Positions 34,671 through 34,738 of a stretch of DNA of 34,738 nucleotides are shown here, piece after piece. The DNA comes from Octopus bimaculoides (taxonomy: Eukaryota). Where the stretch lies: assembly GCF_001194135.2 (NCBI RefSeq), contig NC_068995.1, forward strand, positions 43,453,162 through 43,487,899. The letters are read 5' to 3'. How positions within the stretch are numbered: position 1 is the stretch's first letter; each line of letters begins with the position of its first letter. The notes beneath the pieces were generated by a model. It was given only the letters and a program-made list of their open reading frames with translations. It was not told the origin of the DNA and ran no database searches. The position numbers were made by a program, and so were the translations under genes.

Positions 34671-34738
34671 CACAAAGGGCCACTCACTCGAAATAGATCT
34701 GCTAGCCTTAAGAAGCTACGTCACGAAAGCTCGGAGAC

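Overview
Eukaryotic, AT-rich, microsatellite-saturated DNA with several N gaps. The repeat families look like those of a coleoid cephalopod such as Octopus (inference from recalled repeat sequences, not a database search). There is one credible protein-coding gene: an intronless-CDS ZIP/SLC39A zinc transporter on the minus strand (24198-25259), with a splice acceptor in its 5' UTR. Almost every other listed ORF is a microsatellite, N-gap or antisense-repeat artefact. The rest is interspersed repeats: four tRNA-derived SINE families (my labels A-D), relics of RTE, R4/Dong and CRE-like LINEs, relics of mariner, piggyBac and hAT transposases, a Tigger-like MITE and a Helentron/DINE-1-type element. 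The most interesting observations are: (1) two family-C SINE insertions flanked by very long (~145 and ~190 bp) diverged direct repeats that look like giant target-site duplications; (2) a U6 snRNA retrocopy fused to a SINE/LINE 3' tail; (3) a hammerhead-ribozyme-like core with an inverted second copy; (4) (AAT)n-embedded R4/Dong fragments whose 5' junctions carry short tandem duplications; (5) a Helentron-type element 35 bp past the ZIP stop codon. All alignments were done by eye, and repeat boundaries are approximate (about 10-30 bp) unless stated.
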